This document shows positions 1 to 10,206 of a stretch of 64,000 nucleotides of DNA, one piece after another (the stretch's first letter is position 1; the number at the start of each line of letters is the position of its first letter). Below the pieces are notes generated by a model. That model had not been told where the DNA came from and made no database searches. It worked only from the letters and a program-made list of their open reading frames with translations. The translations under genes and the position numbers were made by a program. Origin of the DNA: Patescibacteria group bacterium (GTDB lineage Bacteria; Patescibacteriota; Patescibacteriia; 2-12-FULL-60-25); assembly GCA_046350895.1 (NCBI GenBank), contig JAXLZL010000004.1:8056-72055 (forward strand), given 5' to 3'.

Positions 1-1940
1 TCGCTCAGCTCATGAGAGTCTGCTGTCAGCTCTAGTTTCAAAATTTCTTTAATATCTTTTTCACTTGCCGACAAACCAAGAATTTCACGAAGGTCATCGA
101 TTGCCTTAATAATCGTCTTTGGCGTGATTTTGTGTTTGATATTGTAGGCGATCTGCTTGGCGCGGCGACGTTCGGTTTCTTTGATCGCACGTTCAAGCGA
201 ACCCGTCATTTGGTCGGCATACAAAAGTACGCGTCCACGCACATTACGTGCCGCGCGGCCGATGGTTTGGATGAGGGACGTTTCAGAACGCAAGAAGCCT
301 TCTTTGTCCGCGTCCATAATGGCCACCAATGAAACCTCTGGCAGATCGAGACCTTCGCGCAGCAAGTTCACACCGACAATGATGTCATAAGTGCCTTTGC
401 GAAACTCTGAAAGAATCTCAAGGCGCTCGACGGTTTCAATGCCGCTATGCAAATAACGCACCTTTAGCCCACGTTCGGTCATAAAGGTCGTGAGGTCTTC
501 GGACATCTTTTTAGTGAGCGTTGTCACAAGAATGCGTTCACCACGGGCAATGACTTCTGGGATGCGATTATTCAACAAATCATGAACCTGGCCTTCATAA
601 GGCGATGGGATTTCAAATGGGAGTTGTACCGGCAAGTCCCCCGCTTCATAATCACCCGGAGTCACCGGCAACAAGACCACTTCAGGATCAACCAAACCGG
701 TAGGACGGATGATCTGCTCAGCGATACGCGATGAGTTGTCGCGTTCATACTTGCCCGGAGTCGCTGAAACAAAGATGACTTGCTTCATCTTTTCTTCAAG
801 CTCATGACAGCGCAACGGGCGATTATCGGCCGCCGAAGGCAAACGAAAGCCGTGCTCGATGAGCGATTGCTTGCGCGAACGATCGCCTTCATACATGCCG
901 CCGAGTTGCGGCACCGTCACATGCGATTCGTCGATCACGATCAAACTGTCTTTTGGGAAGTATTCAAACAAGGTGTCTGGCGGTTCGCCCGGCGCACGGC
1001 CTGACAAAGGCTGCGAATAGTTTTCAACGCCATTGCAATAACCAAGCGTCTCAAGCAATTCAAGATCGTATTTGGTTTTGCGTTCAAGGCGCTCAGCTTC
1101 TAGGAGCTTACCATTCTTTTCAAAATACTCGAGACGGTCTTTAAGTTCTTGGCGAATCTTCACCAAGGAGGCTTCACGTTCAGCGGTACCCGTAATGAAG
1201 TGCTTGGCCGGAAAGAGCCACAGGTCTTTCAAATTACTCTGAAAAGCTTTCGTCACAGGGTCTTGGCGGTCGATGTGCTCGATGAATCCGCGCGTGGCAT
1301 CGATACGGTAGATGAATTCTTCATTCACTGGCATCACCTCCAACAATGCCCCGCGCATGCGAAAACTGCCGCGGGTCAAATCGGTTTGGGTGCGGGTGAA
1401 TTGCATGTCCACCAAGCGCTGCAAGACTTTTTCACGGTCAAAGGTCTCACCCACTTTCAAATGCATCACGGTATTCTCGTATTCTTTTGGCGAACCAAGA
1501 CCATAGATACACGAAACCGTCGCCACGATGATCACGTCTTTACGCGAAAGCACGGCTTGGGTAGCCGCATGGCGAAGTCGGTCAATTTCATCATTGATCT
1601 GTGCCTCTTTCTCAATATAGGTATCCGAACGCGCGATATACGCTTCAGGTTGGTAGTAATCGTAATACGAAACAAAATACTCGACAGCATTATCAGGAAA
1701 GAAACGGCGAAATTCATTACAGAGCTGCGCCGCCAAGGTTTTATTGTGCGCGATAATCAAGGTCGGCTTTTGCACGGCCTGAATCACATTGGCCACGGTA
1801 AAGGTCTTACCCGTACCGGTAGCACCTAAAAGCGTCTGAAATCGGTCCCCATTTTGGACACCCTGAATAAGCCCTGCAATCGCTTCTGGCTGATCACCAG
1901 AGGGCTTATAATCGGACTTCAAGACGAATTTTTCGGACAT
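1..1940 (-). CDS. uvrB: Excinuclease ABC subunit B (UvrB); C-terminal end runs off the window start
   Basis: Not in ORF track (no stop inside window). Own translation of minus strand from ATG 1940-1938: MSEKFVLKSDYKPSGDQPEAIAGLIQGVQNGDRFQTLLGATGTGKTFTVANVI... (Walker A GATGTGKT), open to position 1. Plus-strand ORFs 132-1829 are antisense shadows. Confidence 0.9.
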   Translation of the reverse strand, partial: MSEKFVLKSDYKPSGDQPEAIAGLIQGVQNGDRFQTLLGATGTGKTFTVANVIQAVQKPTLIIAHNKTLAAQLCNEFRRFFPDNAVEYFVSYYDYYQPEAYIARSDTYIEKEAQINDEIDRLRHAATQAVLSRKDVIIVATVSCIYGLGSPKEYENTVMHLKVGETFDREKVLQRLVDMQFTRTQTDLTRGSFRMRGALLEVMPVNEEFIYRIDATRGFIEHIDRQDPVTKAFQSNLKDLWLFPAKHFITGTAEREASLVKIRQELKDRLEYFEKNGKLLEAERLERKTKYDLELLETLGYCNGVENYSQPLSGRAPGEPPDTLFEYFPKDSLIVIDESHVTVPQLGGMYEGDRSRKQSLIEHGFRLPSAADNRPLRCHELEEKMKQVIFVSATPGKYERDNSSRIAEQIIRPTGLVDPEVVLLPVTPGDYEAGDLPVQLPFEIPSPYEGQVHDLLNNRIPEVIARGERILVTTLTKKMSEDLTTFMTERGLKVRYLHSGIETVERLEILSEFRKGTYDIIVGVNLLREGLDLPEVSLVAIMDADKEGFLRSETSLIQTIGRAARNVRGRVLLYADQMTGSLERAIKETERRRAKQIAYNIKHKITPKTIIKAIDDLREILGLSASEKDIKEILKLELTADSHELS

Positions 1941-1946
1941 GGGGGT

Positions 1947-1975
1947 ATCATGCCCGTTTTGGCGGATTTCGTAAA
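1947..1975 (-). promoter_or_regulatory. uvrB promoter with leaderless geometry
   Basis: Minus strand reads TTTACG-17 nt-CATGAT-ACCCCC-ATG; -10 ends 6 nt before the start codon; no Shine-Dalgarno. Confidence 0.5.
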
Positions 1976-1976
1976 T

Positions 1977-2001
1977 GAAAACCCGTCCTAGGCAGGACGG
2001 G
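1977..2001 (-). terminator. Intrinsic terminator after 1988..2680
   Basis: Stem CCCGTCCT / AGGACGGG (1982-2001), followed on the minus strand by TTTTCATTT. Confidence 0.6.
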
Positions 2002-2680
2002 ACTTCAGGAGAAGAATCTGGTTTCGGCGGTCTATCCACTTATTTTTAACGGCAAGAATGAATACTAGGCCAGTTAGAAGGATCAGTAGCATTATCAAAT
2101 CAAACAATACAGATACTAGAAAACCGCATGGAGCAACCAATAGGATTCTGAGCAATGTCTCATCTGAGCAAACTGAAGGTCCAAAGATTAAAAGGTTATA
2201 GCTACCGAGGCCGACAATCAATAGACCGGCTAACATTATGTCTTTGATTACCAGTCTAAACAGTCTCCAAAAAGAATATGCATAGCCATTAATGACATGC
2301 TCGAACTCGAGAGCCGCTTTATCGATAATCCCCGTACCCGGTTGATGCTCTCTGTTTATCGTTAATTCAAGACCCTGTACCAACTCATCTACGGTGTCAG
2401 GATGATTTTGATAAAAAGCACGGAGCGTGTGCTGAAACATACAAGGAAAGACAATCAAGAGTACCGCCAAAAGCAGCACCGCACTAATGACAACAAACTT
2501 TTGCCATGACGGCATGGCATCAAGTAGCTGGAAATCTATCAATGCATCGCTTGGGAGATATGCATCGAGACTAAAGATGAGCGTGGTGCTAAATAGCGCT
2601 ATCAACGAACCGCTTACGTCAGTCATTGTCGCCAAACGAGAAAAAGGAGACTGGTCCAGGTCATGTTTTTCTTGAATCAT
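1988..2680 (-). CDS. Hypothetical multi-pass membrane protein (230 aa)
   Basis: ORF-track protein with 4-5 long hydrophobic segments; visibly AT-richer than neighbours (20/60 GC by hand at 2041-2100); no motif recognised. Confidence 0.55.
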   Translation of the reverse strand: MIQEKHDLDQSPFSRLATMTDVSGSLIALFSTTLIFSLDAYLPSDALIDFQLLDAMPSWQKFVVISAVLLLAVLLIVFPCMFQHTLRAFYQNHPDTVDELVQGLELTINREHQPGTGIIDKAALEFEHVINGYAYSFWRLFRLVIKDIMLAGLLIVGLGSYNLLIFGPSVCSDETLLRILLVAPCGFLVSVLFDLIMLLILLTGLVFILAVKNKWIDRRNQILLLKSRPA

Positions 2681-2698
2681 GACATCACCTCTTTGGCT

Positions 2699-3097
2699 CT
2701 ACTGACGTGAGAAGCTCTCGTACATCTGTTCTTGCTCATAGGCGATCGAGATCACCTTCATCGACAAGATCATCTGGTGGACGTACTTGAAAGCCAAAAC
2801 ATTGGCGATGAGGCATGCCACTCCGTACAAGGCAGAGCCCTGATCCGCCGTGCAAGCCTTATACAAACATGCGAACATGACGATAGACAGCAAGGCGGCC
2901 AGACGTGCTGCATTATGTCGCTTTTGGATATGGCGAGCTTGCAGCAACAAACAGCGATTGATCAATTTTTCTCGAATGATGTGATCAGGTAATTTGCCGT
3001 CGATACACTCTTGCCGCAGCCTCCCAAGTTCTTGCTTGACGAGCTCCTCCGGAGTTTCCGGAGCAGAAGGCTTTTTGTCGGTAGTCTGGTCCATCAC
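2699..3097 (-). CDS. Hypothetical protein, charged helical N-terminus plus two predicted TM helices (132 aa)
   Basis: ORF track; GGAGGGG Shine-Dalgarno just upstream of GTG/ATG start; hydrophobic segments LAALLSIVMFACL and LYGVACLIANVLAF. Confidence 0.5.
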   Translation of the reverse strand: MMDQTTDKKPSAPETPEELVKQELGRLRQECIDGKLPDHIIREKLINRCLLLQARHIQKRHNAARLAALLSIVMFACLYKACTADQGSALYGVACLIANVLAFKYVHQMILSMKVISIAYEQEQMYESFSRQ

Positions 3098-3135
3098 CCC
3101 TCCTAGGTACGAGACATCCTCTTAATACAGGAAAT

Positions 3136-3164
3136 TTGCCCAAAAGTCAATAAAATACTACTAT
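3136..3164 (+). promoter_or_regulatory. dus promoter, leaderless geometry
   Basis: TTGCCC(3136-3141)-17 nt-TACTAT(3159-3164)-CCCGCC-ATG(3171). Confidence 0.55.
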
Positions 3165-3170
3165 CCCGCC

Positions 3171-4130
3171 ATGATTGACTGGAAGTCCTACAAAAAGCCG
3201 ATTGTCGCCCTGGCGCCAATGGCAGATATGAGCGATTTGCCATTTTGCCTCGTTTCAAAAGACGTAGGCGTCTCTTTGATGTTTCGTGAGATGGTGAGCT
3301 CCGAAGCTATCGTCCGTTTGAACCCAAAAACCCTTAAAATGGCCATGTTCGACGAGCGTGAACGCCCGATCGTCCAGCAAATTTTTGGTGCTAACCCCGA
3401 AGTCATGGCTGAGGCAGCCCGCATCATCTATGAGCGATTTAAGCCGGATGCCATCGACATCAATATGGGTTGCCCGGTGTATAACCTGGTTTCAAACTTT
3501 AATGGCGCTGCCCTTATCAAAGAACCAGAACGCGCCGCAGCGATCGTGAGAGCCGTAAAAGCCGCTGTTCCATGCCCTGTCTCAGTCAAAACCCGTCTCG
3601 GTTGGTCCAATGACACGGACTGTCTTGAATTCGTCAAAGTCATCGCGGATGCCGGTGCCGACCTTATCTCAATGCATGGCCGCACGCGCGAACAAGGCTA
3701 CTCTGGCAAAGCAAACTGGAAACGCGTCGGCGAAGCGCGCCGCAATGTGCCGCATGTCCCCTTCTTGGTGAACGGTGATATCCTCACTCCTGAAGATGCC
3801 AGAGAAGCCCTTGAACAAAGCGGTGCTGATGGCGTCTTGATCGGCCGTGGCTTGCTCGGCAACCCTTGGTTTGCCAAACAAGTCGAAGCCTATCTCGCAG
3901 ACGGTACCCTCATTGACCCACCAACACTTGAAGAACGCATCGACACGGTTCGCAAACATGCCAAATTGCAGCTCGAGCATTATGGTGACCACGGCCTGAC
4001 CAAACTCCGCAAACATTTACCGTGGTATTTCAAACACGATCCAAAGTACAAACCGCTAAAAGAAAAACTCGTGCGCATCTCATCGCTTGCCGAACTAGAA
4101 GAAATCTTCGAACAAGCACGCGCATTGTAA
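3171..4130 (+). CDS. dus: tRNA-dihydrouridine synthase (Dus family)
   Basis: 319 aa; LAPMADMSDLPF, INMGCP, SVKTRLGW, HGRTREQ motifs typical of the Dus TIM-barrel family. Confidence 0.9.
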   Translation: MIDWKSYKKPIVALAPMADMSDLPFCLVSKDVGVSLMFREMVSSEAIVRLNPKTLKMAMFDERERPIVQQIFGANPEVMAEAARIIYERFKPDAIDINMGCPVYNLVSNFNGAALIKEPERAAAIVRAVKAAVPCPVSVKTRLGWSNDTDCLEFVKVIADAGADLISMHGRTREQGYSGKANWKRVGEARRNVPHVPFLVNGDILTPEDAREALEQSGADGVLIGRGLLGNPWFAKQVEAYLADGTLIDPPTLEERIDTVRKHAKLQLEHYGDHGLTKLRKHLPWYFKHDPKYKPLKEKLVRISSLAELEEIFEQARAL

Positions 4131-4137
4131 AACAAAA

Positions 4138-4164
4138 TCCCCCGACGTCGGTCGGGGGATTTTT
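4138..4164. terminator. Bidirectional intrinsic terminator between dus and the M23 peptidase gene
   Basis: TCCCCCGAC-GTCG-GTCGGGGGA 9-bp stem flanked by AAAA / TTTTT. Confidence 0.8.
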
Positions 4165-4167
4165 GGA

Positions 4168-5398
4168 TCAAAGATCTGGGAGATAAGGCTGCATCGATCG
4201 GGATGCCATCTTTGCGTAATTCGAAGTGCAAGTGGGCACCCGTTGAGAGGCCGGCACCTTGGTCGCCTGGGCGACCGCCCGACAAACCAATTAAGTCACC
4301 GCGCTCGACATAGGTATCAGCCTTCACCTTAAATGCCGATAAGTGCGCATACACCGTGGCATAACCGCCAGGATGCACGATCATGAGATAATTACCGTAC
4401 TGCTTACCCGTACGCGTAAACGCGACATAGCCACCGGCCGCTGCTTTGACCGGCGTACCAACAGCCGTCGGTAAGTCGGTACCAGGGTGTTCAAAAAGGT
4501 TACGGTAAGGGTAGCTTTTGTCGTGAAAGTGGGCCGAGATGCGTGTGACCGGGATAGGCCAGCTGAACAAGACATCACCACGCGCGAGCGCCTTGTCGAT
4601 CTCATCCAGCTTATCTTTAATTTTTGCTTCAAGATCTGCAGCATCAGACGCTTCTTGCTGCCTTTGTTGCCTCAATTCATACATGATGCGCTGAAACTCG
4701 TCTTCGCGGGCGGAGGTCTCGGCCAAGAGTGACGTTTTGGCGCCACGTTCTTGTTCTAATTCGTTTTGTTGGGCAATCAAATCTTGCTGGTCGCTCTCGA
4801 GGTCTTTGCGGTAGTTCTCAAGTTCTTGTTTTTTGAGTTCAAGAACCTGTTTGCCGTCCCGTACCGCCTGGGTCGCGTCCGTCATGTCATCTTCAAGGCG
4901 CTTCAATTCTTCCATTCGCGTGAAGAATTCAGACAATGAACCACGTGCAACATAAGATTCAAACAAGCCAACGCCTTGGGCATCTTGCAATTCGCCAAGC
5001 ACGCCGCCCAGCGCCTCTTTGCGACGCTGCAAGCGGATCTCTTCGTTTTGGATCTGCAACTGGACGCGTTGTAACTCAAGATTGGCGACGTCGATCAAGC
5101 CGCGTACGCGTTCGATGGCCAGCTCTTTTTCTTGGACACTGTTCTCAATAAGCGCGACTTGGTTTGAAAGTGTTGCCTGGGCATTCGCCTGTTCGTTGAT
5201 GCGGGTACGGTACTTGGCGATTACACCCTCAAGTTCTTTGATGCGGTCTTGTTTTTGTTTGACGGCATTCTGCAAATCATCCACTTCGGCCTTGATACCA
5301 TCGCCTGAAGTGTCATCGGTTGCCGCAAAAGCCATCGGCACACCAAAAACGAGTGCCAGGGCGACGTATGAAAGAACCAATCCTTTGCCGAGTTTCAT
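4168..5398 (-). CDS. Secreted coiled-coil M23 (LytM-type) metallopeptidase. The ORF-track extension to 3980 looks like a frameshift read-through.
   Basis: Signal-like N-terminus, long coiled coil, and C-terminal M23 motifs (YATVYAHLS, GLSTGAHLHFELRKDG). The adjacent frame near 4190 reads ...MQPYLPDL-TGA(4168-4170), just before the terminator. The track ORF instead reads through the hairpin and 150 nt into dus. Confidence 0.8.
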
Positions 5399-5406
5399 CC
5401 GCTCTA

Positions 5407-6885
5407 TTATGCCAGAAGAGCAAGGGCTTCGTCGATACGTTCAAGCGAGCGGTTTTTTTGGTAAACAAACAGCAATTCAAATGGGCTTGGGGATTTCTCA
5501 CGGCCAGAAAGTGCCACGCGGGTTGGCCACAAGGTATCGCCATTACCCCAGCCTTTTTCGGCAATGAAGGCTTTCATCGCTTCTTCGAGCTTGGCGACGG
5601 ATTCAAACGCCTCATCTGACAGGCCAGCCACAAAACCACGCACTCCATTCAAACGCTCTACCGCTTCTTCTTTGGTGGATTTCTTCCAAACCAGGTTTTC
5701 TGCTGTTGGCTTAGGGGCTTCGAGCACCTCATTCAAGAGATCTGGTAATTGTGACAATACGGCCACGCGTTCGCGTTGGATGGCGGTCGCGCGTTTAATC
5801 ATCCCCTCTTCACCCTTCACGTCTTTGATAAATGGCTCGGATTTTTTCATGAACTCAGCTTCAGAAAGCTGTTTGAGATAATGCGCGTTCAACCAATCGA
5901 GTTTTTCAACATTAAACACGGCGCCGGCTTTATTGACCTTGGTGATATCAAAAAGTTCGGCCAATTCTTCTTTAGTGAAGATTTCTCGGTCCGAGGTCGG
6001 ATTCCAGCCAAGCAAAGCAACAAAGTTGATCAACGCTTCGGGCAAATAGCCTTTAGCGAGATAATCTTCAACTGCCACATCACCCTGGCGCTTTGAGAGC
6101 TTTGAGCGGTCTGCATTCAAAAGCAACGGCAAGTGGGCATATTCAGGCGCCTTCCAACCAAAAGCCTCGGCGATAAAAAGATGCTTCGGCAAAGACGAGA
6201 GCCATTCTTCACCACGAATCACATGCGAGATTTGCATGTCATGGTCATCACATGTGGCAGCGAGGTGATAAGTTGGGAATCCGTCTGATTTGATCAAAAC
6301 CTGGTCATCTACTTGCGACCACGGGATGGTGACATCACCACGGATCATGTCATGCATGGTGATCGAGCCCTCGAGTGGCACTGCCAAACGAATCACGTGC
6401 TCATCTCCGACGGCAGCACGGTCTTCAGCCTTTTGGCGAGGCAAATTGCGGCAGTGACGGTCATACATGGTTGGTTGCTTGTTCTCTTGCTGCTGCTTCG
6501 CCACTTCGTCCAAACGCTCGCGCGTGCAGAAGCAATAGTAGGCATGACCCTTCTCAATCAATTCATACGCATATGCAAGATGCTTTTCTTTGCGCGCACT
6601 TTGCAAGTATGGACCAAATTCGCCTTTGTCTTCGATTTTGCCATCATCGGTCACATGGACACCTTCATCAGGCGTAACGCCACAGGCAACCAACGAGCGA
6701 TAGAGATTTTCGACAGCGCCTTCGACATAACGTGCGCGGTCGGTATCTTCTACGCGCAACAAAAACGTCCCGCCCAAGCGGCGTGCCATCAACCAATTGT
6801 AGAGCGCCGTGCGCAAACCGCCGATATGCAAATAACCGGTAGGACTTGGGGCAAAACGCACGCGGACGGGATTCTGTGAGGCCAT
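5407..6885 (-). CDS. gltX: Glutamyl-tRNA synthetase
   Basis: 492 aa; class I HIGH region PSPTGYLHIGG and KLSKR (KMSKS-type) motif. Confidence 0.95.
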   Translation of the reverse strand: MASQNPVRVRFAPSPTGYLHIGGLRTALYNWLMARRLGGTFLLRVEDTDRARYVEGAVENLYRSLVACGVTPDEGVHVTDDGKIEDKGEFGPYLQSARKEKHLAYAYELIEKGHAYYCFCTRERLDEVAKQQQENKQPTMYDRHCRNLPRQKAEDRAAVGDEHVIRLAVPLEGSITMHDMIRGDVTIPWSQVDDQVLIKSDGFPTYHLAATCDDHDMQISHVIRGEEWLSSLPKHLFIAEAFGWKAPEYAHLPLLLNADRSKLSKRQGDVAVEDYLAKGYLPEALINFVALLGWNPTSDREIFTKEELAELFDITKVNKAGAVFNVEKLDWLNAHYLKQLSEAEFMKKSEPFIKDVKGEEGMIKRATAIQRERVAVLSQLPDLLNEVLEAPKPTAENLVWKKSTKEEAVERLNGVRGFVAGLSDEAFESVAKLEEAMKAFIAEKGWGNGDTLWPTRVALSGREKSPSPFELLFVYQKNRSLERIDEALALLA

Positions 6886-6910
6886 AGGCTGCTAATCTAA
6901 GCGAAAAACG

Positions 6911-7636
6911 CTATTTTGACAATAAAACTTGAATAGGAAAGACGATAACGGCATTGAGGATGCGTTTAAGGCGTTTTGGCTCAAGAATGACGCGCCAAAG
7001 CCACTCCAACCCCAAAGAACGCATCCACTGCGGGGCGCGTTTGGCGGTACCGGCCCAATAATCAAACGTGCCGCCTACGCCAACGATGGCTTTAAGGGAC
7101 GGGTAGTCGCCCAGATGTTTTTCTATCCAAAACTCTTGCTTCGGATGGCCAAAAGCGACAAGTACAATATGCGGGTCAACTTGCGACAAACGCATCGCCG
7201 CTTCTTCGTTTGCCAGATCGCCATTGCCACGCTCATTCACCATGCCACCGGCCTCACCAACAAAGACGGCATTCGGATAGGCGGAGCGAATGCCTGCCAG
7301 CGCTTTTTCGATCACTGCAGCAGAACTACCGATCAAGCCAACGCGCCAGCCTTGCTCATTTGCCAGCTGCAAAAGCCTTTCACTTAATTCTACGCCGGCC
7401 ACGCGCGTGACATTCTCCCCTTTGGCACGGCAGGCGAGTTCAAGTCCAAAGCCATCGACCAAGCGAAAAGTTGCTTTGCGAATGACGCTGCGATAATCAC
7501 TGTCTCGCTTTGATTCAAGTAAGATTTCTGGATTCGCCGTTACCAGCCAGACCGGCGTTTCACTTTGAAGCACGGCACCAATGGCCGTCTCCATGTTTAT
7601 GCCTTCGATCGGCAAACCAAAAATCTGCGCCGCCAT
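6911..7636 (-). CDS. WecG/TagA/CpsF-family glycosyltransferase
   Basis: 241 aa; family-like core (VAFGHPKQEFW, VGVGGTFDYWAG, RAPQWM..GLEWLWR). Confidence 0.8.
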   Translation of the reverse strand: MAAQIFGLPIEGINMETAIGAVLQSETPVWLVTANPEILLESKRDSDYRSVIRKATFRLVDGFGLELACRAKGENVTRVAGVELSERLLQLANEQGWRVGLIGSSAAVIEKALAGIRSAYPNAVFVGEAGGMVNERGNGDLANEEAAMRLSQVDPHIVLVAFGHPKQEFWIEKHLGDYPSLKAIVGVGGTFDYWAGTAKRAPQWMRSLGLEWLWRVILEPKRLKRILNAVIVFPIQVLLSK

Positions 7637-7637
7637 A

Positions 7638-8969
7638 TTATTTGCGCTTAGCGAGCTTCTTTACGATTTTCACAAATTGTTCGCCACGATCAAATTCATT
7701 CTTAAAATACCCGAAACTGGCACAGCCTGGCGACAGAAGCACGACATCACCTTTTTTGGATTCTTCTTGAGCTCGTTCTACGGCATGGGCGAGATCAGCC
7801 GTTTCTTCAAAATGCGTCTTTGCTTTGTTAAACGATTTGATAATCGTCTCTTGCGCCGTACCTGGCAATAAAAACACGCGCACATCTTTGCGTTTTGTGA
7901 GGAGTTTTGAAACCTCGGCAAAATCAAGCTCTTTATTAGCACCACCAAAAATCAGATTCAGCATGCGTTTTGGCTTTTGTAAGGCATTGATCGCCGCAAT
8001 GGTACCGTCTGGTGTCGTGGCCGTCGTGTCATTCACAAAATCCACGCCCTTGATGGTCGCGATGGTTTGAATGCGGTTCTCGAGCCCCTTGAAGGTCTCA
8101 AGTGATGTTTTGATCACCGTGGGTTTTACGCCAAGCTCAAGGGCAATCGCCGTCGCAATCTCGGCATTGCGAACATTGTGCTCGCCCGGGACTTTAAGCT
8201 TTGACTTGGCGACAAGCTTGGCTTCTTCGCTGTTCTTTTTACCAAAACGGTAGACATAACCCGGAGCTTCGCTGGCATATTCGTCAAAGTGTTTGCCCGT
8301 TGGCAACAAAACGACATCGTCGGGTTTTTGGTGGCGAAAAACCTGCGCTTTGGCTTCAGCATACGTATCCATGTCGGGATAAGCGTCTTGGTGGTCGCGC
8401 ATGAAGTTGGTCCACACGGCGATTTGCGGCGACAAGCCCGCGTCCCCCGTGCCTTCGAGTTGAAAACTTGATAGTTCAAGCACGACCAAATCATCTGGCT
8501 TTACCTGGGCAAGAAAATTTAATGGCGAATTCAAAATATTGCCGCCGAGCCAGACCTTGCGCCAGCGCTTTGAGGCTACGGCGATTTCATAGGTCATCAT
8601 GGTCGTAGTGCTTTTGCCGCGGGTGCCGGTGATGCCGACGACCGGCGCCGGGCAACGCGACAAAAAGAGCGCGATATCAGAGGTTGTCTCGATTTTGCGT
8701 TTAGCCGCTTCTTTCATCTCGCGTGAATCTTTGCGCACACGGGGGCCACGCACGATCAAATCAGCCCAACGCACATCGTTCAGGTCATGCTTTCCCAAGG
8801 CAAAGCGCACGTTTTTAAACTTCTTCAGTTGCTTCACGTTGCCTGCGAGCTCTTTCTCAGTTTTTAAATCAGTAACACAAACACGGTCACCCTGTTTGGC
8901 GAAATACAGTGCCGCCGAGACACCGCTGCCTTTGGCATATTGGCCAAGGCCCAAAATCAATACGTTCAT
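7638..8969 (-). CDS. murD: UDP-N-acetylmuramoylalanine--D-glutamate ligase
   Basis: 443 aa; Mur-ligase P-loop GITGTRGKSTT, typical MurD N-terminal Rossmann segment. Confidence 0.9.
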   Translation of the reverse strand: MNVLILGLGQYAKGSGVSAALYFAKQGDRVCVTDLKTEKELAGNVKQLKKFKNVRFALGKHDLNDVRWADLIVRGPRVRKDSREMKEAAKRKIETTSDIALFLSRCPAPVVGITGTRGKSTTTMMTYEIAVASKRWRKVWLGGNILNSPLNFLAQVKPDDLVVLELSSFQLEGTGDAGLSPQIAVWTNFMRDHQDAYPDMDTYAEAKAQVFRHQKPDDVVLLPTGKHFDEYASEAPGYVYRFGKKNSEEAKLVAKSKLKVPGEHNVRNAEIATAIALELGVKPTVIKTSLETFKGLENRIQTIATIKGVDFVNDTTATTPDGTIAAINALQKPKRMLNLIFGGANKELDFAEVSKLLTKRKDVRVFLLPGTAQETIIKSFNKAKTHFEETADLAHAVERAQEESKKGDVVLLSPGCASFGYFKNEFDRGEQFVKIVKKLAKRK

Positions 8970-8978
8970 GTTTATGTA

Positions 8979-10098
8979 TTATGCGCCAAGCAAACGTTTG
9001 TAAAAAGCCTCAAGACGAAGAATGACTGACTCCCACGAATACTCTTTACGCACAACCTCACGGGCGCGCAATCCGCGCTGACGTGCCATTTCAGGATCAT
9101 CCACCACCATTTGCATGGCCAGTGTCAGGGCTTTGACGTCGTCAGTTGGAAAGGCGAGTCCACTATGGTCAACAAGTTCGAGGTTTTCTTTGATGTCTGA
9201 CATGATCACGAGCTTGGCATTCGCCATCGCTTCAATGATGGCCACCGACAAGCCTTCAGCGCGAGATGGATGAACGAACGCATGGGCATGAGACAGGATT
9301 TGGCGGAGCGGTTCACCGCTTTGGTAGCCAAGCAACTTCACGCGATGGTCTTTGTCAGCCAAATCGCGAAGCTTTTGATCATAGTGACTTGAGTGAAAGG
9401 CCTCACCAACAATAACCAGCTTCTTCTCTGTTTGCACGTCACGAAAGGCCTCAATGGCAACATCATAGGCCTTATTCGGCACCAAACGGCCAACACCCAA
9501 CAAATACTCACCCGCCTTTAAGCCAAACTGAGAAAGCAGATCAACGCCTTGCGGAGCTCGGGATATCGGCACCATTTGGTATGTAGGTAACCTCTTTTTT
9601 ATAATTTGTACGACAAAACACTTTGATGACGTGCGAAACGGCGATCGTCGCATGCGGAAAGTTCACCGCCGACCATTCACCGAATTGCAAATACATTCTT
9701 GCAAACCTCGACCACTTGGTATCAAACCAATCGCGGCTATGAAAGGTCGTCACAATTTTTGCCTTCCACTTAAACAAACGCGGGATCCACGCCAAGGTTG
9801 AAGGACCTACGCCGTGGTAATGGATGATGTCGGTTTTCTGAAACAACACATGCAGGGTCGAAAAAAAGACATGCGAGATCGTCGCCGTATTTTTACCGGG
9901 GATAAACGGCGTGCGAATGAGCTTCACACCATTCCATTCTGGCAGCTGATAGGTAGAGCTATCGCGTACATACACAAAAATCTCATGACCTCGCTCAGCT
10001 AAACGGGTCGCAACCTGCTCGACGTGGCGTTCAACACCACCCGCACCCTGGATAGAGGCAGAAGGGATGCCTTTGGAGCCAATAATATGGATGCGCAT
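8979..10098 (-). pseudogene. GT-B (family 4/1-like) glycosyltransferase split by a frameshift within 9541-9653
   Basis: N-terminal half is ORF 9541..10098 (MRIHIIGSKGIP..GGVERHV). C-terminal half is ORF 8979..9653 (RAEGLSVAIIEAMA..). They lie in different frames; TYIPNGADI and ISRAPQGVDLL overlap at the junction. Confidence 0.75.
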
Positions 10099-10157
10099 GG
10101 GATTACCCCAATCCTACCTAAAATGCCTAAAAACGTCACTTTTTGGCTTTTGGTATT

Positions 10158-10200
10158 AAAAAAACCGCTAATATTAGCGGAGGGGTTTTGTGCGCAACGT
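10158..10200 (-). ncRNA. Candidate ~43-nt transcript between an orphan consensus promoter and a strong terminator
   Basis: Predicted RNA: ACGUUGCGCACAAAACCCCUCCGCUAAUAUUAGCGGUUUUUUU. The hairpin CCGCTAATATTAGCGG (10165-10180) is followed by a T7 run. No ORF. Confidence 0.3.
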
Positions 10201-10206
10201 AGATTA

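Noticed and set aside
132-1829. Plus-strand ORFs (66-226 aa) over the first 1.9 kb.
   Set aside because: They are antisense shadows of uvrB, which translates cleanly on the minus strand across the whole interval.
3980-4167. A 150-nt overlap of the M23 peptidase ORF with the 3' end of dus, reading through the terminator hairpin.
   Set aside because: The extension is non-homologous. An adjacent frame ends naturally (..PYLPDL-TGA at 4168-4170) right before the bidirectional terminator, so the overlap is a frameshift artefact.
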